DNA of 61,628 nucleotides from Calditrichia bacterium (GTDB lineage Bacteria; Calditrichota; Calditrichia; RBG-13-44-9; J075): NCBI GenBank assembly GCA_050633245.1, contig JBOEGD010000026.1, positions 98,360 to 159,987 of the forward strand, read 5' to 3'. Shown piece by piece: positions 56,931 to 61,628 of this stretch (position 1 is its first letter; each line of letters starts with the position of its first letter). The notes under the pieces were generated by a model. It saw only the letters and a program-made list of their open reading frames with translations, ran no database searches and was not told where the DNA came from. The position numbers and the translations under genes were made by a program.

Positions 56931-59090
56931 TTAGTCAGTTGAACCGTCCAACCCTCTCACTTTCAGAAGGGCATCTATTTTAGGCTGACGTCCGCGGAAT
57001 TTTTTATAAAGTTCCATTGCTTCTTCAGTTGAGCCCTTTTCGTAAACATGCGTTCTCAGCTTTGCAGCAAGGCCCTGATCGAAAACATCTCCTGCTTCTT
57101 TAAATGCTTCAAAACCGTCTGAGTCAAGTACAGCGGAGTGAACATAACTATAGTATCCGGAAGAGTATCCGCCCGCAAAGATATGTGCAAAGTAGCTGGT
57201 GCGATAGCGAGGTGCTATTTCCTTAATTAAGCCAATTTTAGCCAGTGACGCTTCTTCAAAAGTATCTGCATCTTTAACAGCCTCTTCGGCCGTAATAGTG
57301 TGCCAATCCATGTCCAGTAAAGATGCTGCCAGATATTCAGTATTCGCAAAACCCTGATTGAACTTAGAGGCCTTCAATAACTTTCCGATTAAATTGTCAG
57401 GAATAACTTCACCTGTTTGATAGTGAGTGGCGAAGGATTTCAGGATTTCGGGCTCGCTTGCCCAGTGTTCCAGAATTTGCGCAGGGAACTCGGTAAAATC
57501 ACGAGGGCCGGATGTGCCCGACATGCTGCCGTAGGTAACATTGGTTAAAATTCCGTGCATGGCGTGGCCAAATTCATGAAATAAGGTCGTGACGTTTTCA
57601 AAACTGAGTAGTGATGGAGCATCACCGACAGGAGCCGGGAAATTACACACGTTCACAACAACGGGGCGTTCTCTGCCATCAAGATTTGATTGCCCTTTAA
57701 AACTACTCATCCATGCTCCACCACGTTTGTTTGAACGAGTGAAGTAATCACCGATGAAAATTCCCAGGTGACTGCCATCTTTGTCTTTTACTTCCCAAAC
57801 ACGTGCATCCGGATGATAAACCTTGATATCGAATAGCTCTGTAAAAGTTAAGCCCCATAATTTATTTGTCGTTTCAAATACGCCCTTAAGAACGTTGTCG
57901 AGTGATAAATACGGCTTAAGTGCGGCTTCATCTAAATCATATTTAGCCTTACGAACTTTCTCTGAGTACTGCCACCAGTCCCAGGCTGCTATTTTGAAAT
58001 CGTGACCTTCTTTATCAACAACGGCCTGCATATCGGCAACTTCTACTTTAGCTCTTTCGAGTGCAGGTTTCCATAACTGCATTAATAAATCATAAACTTC
58101 TGCAGGGGTTTTTAGCATACGCTCTTCCAGCATGAAATGTGCGTGTGTTTCGTAACCCATTAATTGAGCACGTTCCGCACGCAGCTTTGCTATTTTCGCA
58201 GCGACCTCTTTATTATCTGTTTCGTTATCGTTATCACCACGCTGCACGTATGATTTGTAAAGCTTCTCACGCAGGTCACGTCGGGAGGATTGCGTCAGGA
58301 AAGGGTACATGCTGGTACGATGCGGCGTAAATACATACTTATCTTTATATTTTGCCTTTTCTTCGTCAGATTCAGCTTTCTCCATTTTTTGCGCTGCTGT
58401 TTCTGCTGCTGCTGCGATAATACCATCGGACAGGCCGCCTAAGTCAGCTTTGTCTAAAATTAGTTCAAAGCCATTGGTTTCGGCCAATAGATTCTGACCG
58501 AATGCGGTTGTTAGCTCGGAAATTTTAGAGTTGATTTCAGTAATTTGAGCTTTTTGCTCTTTATTCAGCAGTGCACCACTGCGAACAAATGATTTCCGTG
58601 TATCGTCTAAATATTTACGTTGCTCGTTGCTCAGATCAAGGTTCTCACGTGCCTGCCAAACCGCTTCAACGCGCTTAAACAGCTCTTCATTCAACGTTAT
58701 TTTGTCGTAGTGAGCGGAAAGCAGCGGGCTTAATTCGCGTTGTAATTCTTGAATCTTGGGATTGGTATTTGAACTTGCCAAGTTGCCGAATACGCGCTGC
58801 ACTTTAGTAAGTAACTTTCCAGATCTTTCCAATTCTTCAAGAGTATTGGCAAACGTAGGCGCTTCAGAGCTCTTCACGATGGCATCAATCTCAGCAAGGT
58901 TTTCTTCCATGCCTTTTTCAAACGCCGGCATGTAATGTTCATCCTTGACCAGATTAAAAGGCGGCACTCCAAAAGGTGTATCCCATTCCTGCTCAAATGG
59001 GTTGCCTGATGTTTGCATTTCAGTTCCATCTGGTGACGTTTGACAAGCACTAAAAAGCGCTATTGCAATAATAAAAAGGAGTTTTTTCAT
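56931..59090 (-). CDS. dcp: M3 family peptidyl-dipeptidase Dcp (lipoprotein)
   Basis: TLFHEFGHAMH, K.GGAWM, DF.EFPAQILEHW, YF.HIF.GGYS.GYYSY; lipobox FSAC. Confidence 0.92.
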   Translation of the reverse strand: MKKLLFIIAIALFSACQTSPDGTEMQTSGNPFEQEWDTPFGVPPFNLVKDEHYMPAFEKGMEENLAEIDAIVKSSEAPTFANTLEELERSGKLLTKVQRVFGNLASSNTNPKIQELQRELSPLLSAHYDKITLNEELFKRVEAVWQARENLDLSNEQRKYLDDTRKSFVRSGALLNKEQKAQITEINSKISELTTAFGQNLLAETNGFELILDKADLGGLSDGIIAAAAETAAQKMEKAESDEEKAKYKDKYVFTPHRTSMYPFLTQSSRRDLREKLYKSYVQRGDNDNETDNKEVAAKIAKLRAERAQLMGYETHAHFMLEERMLKTPAEVYDLLMQLWKPALERAKVEVADMQAVVDKEGHDFKIAAWDWWQYSEKVRKAKYDLDEAALKPYLSLDNVLKGVFETTNKLWGLTFTELFDIKVYHPDARVWEVKDKDGSHLGIFIGDYFTRSNKRGGAWMSSFKGQSNLDGRERPVVVNVCNFPAPVGDAPSLLSFENVTTLFHEFGHAMHGILTNVTYGSMSGTSGPRDFTEFPAQILEHWASEPEILKSFATHYQTGEVIPDNLIGKLLKASKFNQGFANTEYLAASLLDMDWHTITAEEAVKDADTFEEASLAKIGLIKEIAPRYRTSYFAHIFAGGYSSGYYSYVHSAVLDSDGFEAFKEAGDVFDQGLAAKLRTHVYEKGSTEEAMELYKKFRGRQPKIDALLKVRGLDGSTD

Positions 59091-59403
59091 TCTTGGTAGA
59101 CCTTCTTCTTACTTAAGTAACGGTTTTTATAGATAACGGAAATTTGCGATAATTGTTCGTAAAATTCTTTGCTTACTTTTATGCTAATATGCCAGTTTTT
59201 TACTTTTTTCGATATTAACCGGCATTTTAAGCGGGTAGTAGCAATGAGCAAATATTTACATCTTACATAAATTCTTTTTTATCAACAAATAAAACTGGAA
59301 TAAGGTCTGATTTTATTTATGACTGTAAGGGTGAAAAGCTCCAGCCGTCTGTGAAGTCTACTGAAATTGCCTACGATTGTTGATGCAACTTTTCACGAGC
59401 GGA

Positions 59404-59581
59404 CCCTTCCTTTGCTTCGCTTAGGGAGCGGGTGAAGGGGTGAACGGGAGAGCGGGTGACAAGGAGCAAAAGAAAAAGACTCCTTATATGCTTTACATTT
59501 CAAATCCAATTCATCGTTTCCATCCATGTCAGAACCGGGTTAATCCCTGTAAATAAAAAAGGCGCTTTTGCATGATCGCCT
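59404..59581 (+). repeat. Degenerate REP arm fused to a dispersed G-rich-head/hairpin-tail element
   Basis: GCTTCGCTTAGGGAGCG then GGGTGAAG-GGGTGAAC-GGGAGAGC-GGGTGACA-AGGAGCAAAAG; body and tail colinear with 47926-48150. Confidence 0.8.
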
Positions 59582-59672
59582 GGGTTTTTAGTGCTGCCTC
59601 ACTTTTAGAAGCGGGAGAACTCCTCGCCATTCCCTGTTCTTCGATGTTCCAGGATTAGTTGTCGTTGCTCTC

Positions 59673-61628
59673 CTAATCTTCTTTTCCCGTCTGCGCCTGC
59701 TTTATATCGTTTTCATCTCCTGTATTAATCTGGGTGTTGTCGACATTGCCTCCAATGTTCACATTACGTGTGGTTTGGTACCTGGGAGCAGTTCCGGCTT
59801 CAACATACTTATCCAATTGCTCCTGGAGAAACTCGCTCTTATCCTTGGCGCGTCGTAGCTCCTCTTGATCTATTGGCGGTAATCTTAGCCCGGTTAGTAG
59901 CTGATCGGCATATACATTATCAAAACTTTCATCACACTGCAATTCCAGCCGATTTTTACGCATGCGTTTAACCAGATTACTAAATTTAAAAAAGTGGGGT
60001 GTATCTGACGCCGTACATTCGAGGCAGTTGCAGGGTATCATCTTCTCATATTTAAGACCATGAAAAGACTCATTAATTTCATCGAGGGCGTCTACGACAA
60101 TAGCCCGGAACTCAATGATGCCGGAACCAGAGAAGCGAAGAAAAATTTTGCGATCCTGAATGCTTTCGGTGATCAGTAATGACGTATCTTCATATTGCAT
60201 GACGGCACCGGTTTTCCATACCCAGTCGTGATTATTAATATGCTTATACTTCTCTACAATGAACTGCCAGAGAATTCCTTTAGGCATAAAGTGATCGTAG
60301 TGAAATTCCATGTAGCTGTTACCTTCCTTGTTCCACCCATAGTCAGGCGTGTCTGATGGCAGAAGTTGGGGGGCAACCAGTTGACCGGTGGTTTTTATCT
60401 CATAAACCAAGTGGAATCGCTTCATCAATTCGATGAGCACATCATGTAGGTTTTCGTATTCCGGCTCGCGCCATAAAGCAGCGCAGTTATAACGCGTGAA
60501 GCGCCCTTGCTTTGCTTTCATCTCTTCATCATCAAAAACGCGATAAGCAGCGTTTGTGGCCCAGAAAGGCTTGAGAATCACACGTTCCCTAAGAAGGGGG
60601 ACATCATCAAAATTTAGAATAATGCCGAGATCATGGAAGTAGCCGAGTAAGGTATCGATATCCTCAACCTTGGTGATCTCCGCATCCCGGCAGAGTTGAT
60701 AAAACTCTTTGCGGAAGATGCAGTTGCGATCATCCTTCTCCAGCTTTTCACGAACAGCGATCCATCCTTTAGGCACTCGATCACCGATATGGGGAAGAGC
60801 CGCAGCTTCACTCTCCATAAGCTGAATTAATGCCCTGATCTCCTTAAGACGTTTTTGCCGTAATCCCGCATCTTTCTCTTCTGCGGTCTTAAAATTTACC
60901 GAGAGGATTCTTTTAATGCTCTCGGCATAGCGCCCCTTCAACTCCGCTTTATTGACCGTGCGTTGAATATTGCCTTTCTCATTAAGCACAATGATTAACG
61001 GGCTCTCACCGGCGAACAGCTCGATAATATTTAGCCAGTAATTGAAGTCGGTATCATCCTTACGGTTATCTGCTACCAGCACATAGAGAGAGCGTTTGGA
61101 GAGAAAGAAACGGTGAGTCGCATGGTAGATCTCCTGTCCGCCAAAGTCCCACACATTGAGCTGAAAGTCTTCTTCGCTGTCATCCGTTTTATTCGAGGTA
61201 GTAAAATGGTGCTGATGAATACTGACCCCTTTGGTGCGGTCATCTACATGAGGCAATAAACAGTCCGGATCTGGAATCTTATGTGCCAGGGTTGTTTTAC
61301 CGGCCTCGCCCTCACCGACGATCAGCATTTTGGCCTCATAGAGATTATCATACCCCTGTGCCTCAACCTGCGCAAAGTAATTGCGAATGGCCTCTTTGCC
61401 TTGAGAGATGATCTCCTGCGGTGGAGACTGGAGAGGATTATTGTGCAGGCTTAAGTACCCACTTAAGCTAAAGATTGAATCAATACCCACATGCATTGCC
61501 GAATTGGTAATCCATTCCGGCAATGCTGCGATTTGGTTCTCTCCCAAATTCAGAGTTTGTAAAAAACGCAGCTCCGGTACGCTTGATATTTCGCTGATTT
61601 TATTCGAGCTAAGGTAGAGCGTTTGCAG
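59673..61628 (-). CDS. Roco protein (LRR-Roc-COR), 5' end beyond the window
   Basis: Frame open to the window edge with LRRs (LQTLYLSSNKI, LQTLNLGENQI); NPL..PP.EI; GEGEAGKT, WDFGGQEIYHATH.FFLS, LNEK; COR L..FHDLG; CNCLEC. Confidence 0.92.
   Translation of the reverse strand: MQTLYLSSNKISEISSVPELRFLQTLNLGENQIAALPEWITNSAMHVGIDSIFSLSGYLSLHNNPLQSPPQEIISQGKEAIRNYFAQVEAQGYDNLYEAKMLIVGEGEAGKTTLAHKIPDPDCLLPHVDDRTKGVSIHQHHFTTSNKTDDSEEDFQLNVWDFGGQEIYHATHRFFLSKRSLYVLVADNRKDDTDFNYWLNIIELFAGESPLIIVLNEKGNIQRTVNKAELKGRYAESIKRILSVNFKTAEEKDAGLRQKRLKEIRALIQLMESEAAALPHIGDRVPKGWIAVREKLEKDDRNCIFRKEFYQLCRDAEITKVEDIDTLLGYFHDLGIILNFDDVPLLRERVILKPFWATNAAYRVFDDEEMKAKQGRFTRYNCAALWREPEYENLHDVLIELMKRFHLVYEIKTTGQLVAPQLLPSDTPDYGWNKEGNSYMEFHYDHFMPKGILWQFIVEKYKHINNHDWVWKTGAVMQYEDTSLLITESIQDRKIFLRFSGSGIIEFRAIVVDALDEINESFHGLKYEKMIPCNCLECTASDTPHFFKFSNLVKRMRKNRLELQCDESFDNVYADQLLTGLRLPPIDQEELRRAKDKSEFLQEQLDKYVEAGTAPRYQTTRNVNIGGNVDNTQINTGDENDIKQAQTGKED

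Noticed and set aside
238-61617. Numerous 60-150 aa ORFs nested in or antisense to the called genes
   Set aside because: Shadow ORFs without motifs or RBS, overlapping well-supported genes

Overview
A 61.6-kb bacterial chromosomal accessory region. It probably comes from an FCB-superphylum lineage such as Calditrichota (inference: three proteins end in 'NYPNPFNP...' Por/FlgD-type C-terminal domains, and AGGAG ribosome-binding sites are in use). It holds about 60 mostly small, independently regulated genes. I saw no rRNA, tRNA, CRISPR array, integrase or transposase. Main highlights: (1) a 1102-aa secreted protein with a clear anthrax protective-antigen/binary-toxin-B pore-forming core fused to GON-like, LamG and CTD domains; it lacks the PA14 pro-domain, the phi-clamp Phe and any neighbouring A subunit, and it is preceded by a REC-AraC regulator and a 21-bp-period direct repeat; (2) an AT-rich island with a soluble triple-GAF histidine kinase coupled to a REC-TIR protein, flanked by higBA and a small helical protein; (3) an AhpD-like selenoprotein (CPF-UGA-TASH, with a SECIS-like hairpin 11 nt downstream) that the ORF track splits in two; (4) an LRR-Roc-COR protein, truncated by the window edge, ending in an amyloid-like motif; (5) two adjacent Rieske-fused enzymes; (6) a cytochrome P460/c'-beta gene with a divergent Cys-rich regulator; (7) a chimeric deletion-scar pseudogene; and (8) at least three families of intergenic repeats. 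All family assignments come from motif recognition by eye; no database search was run.
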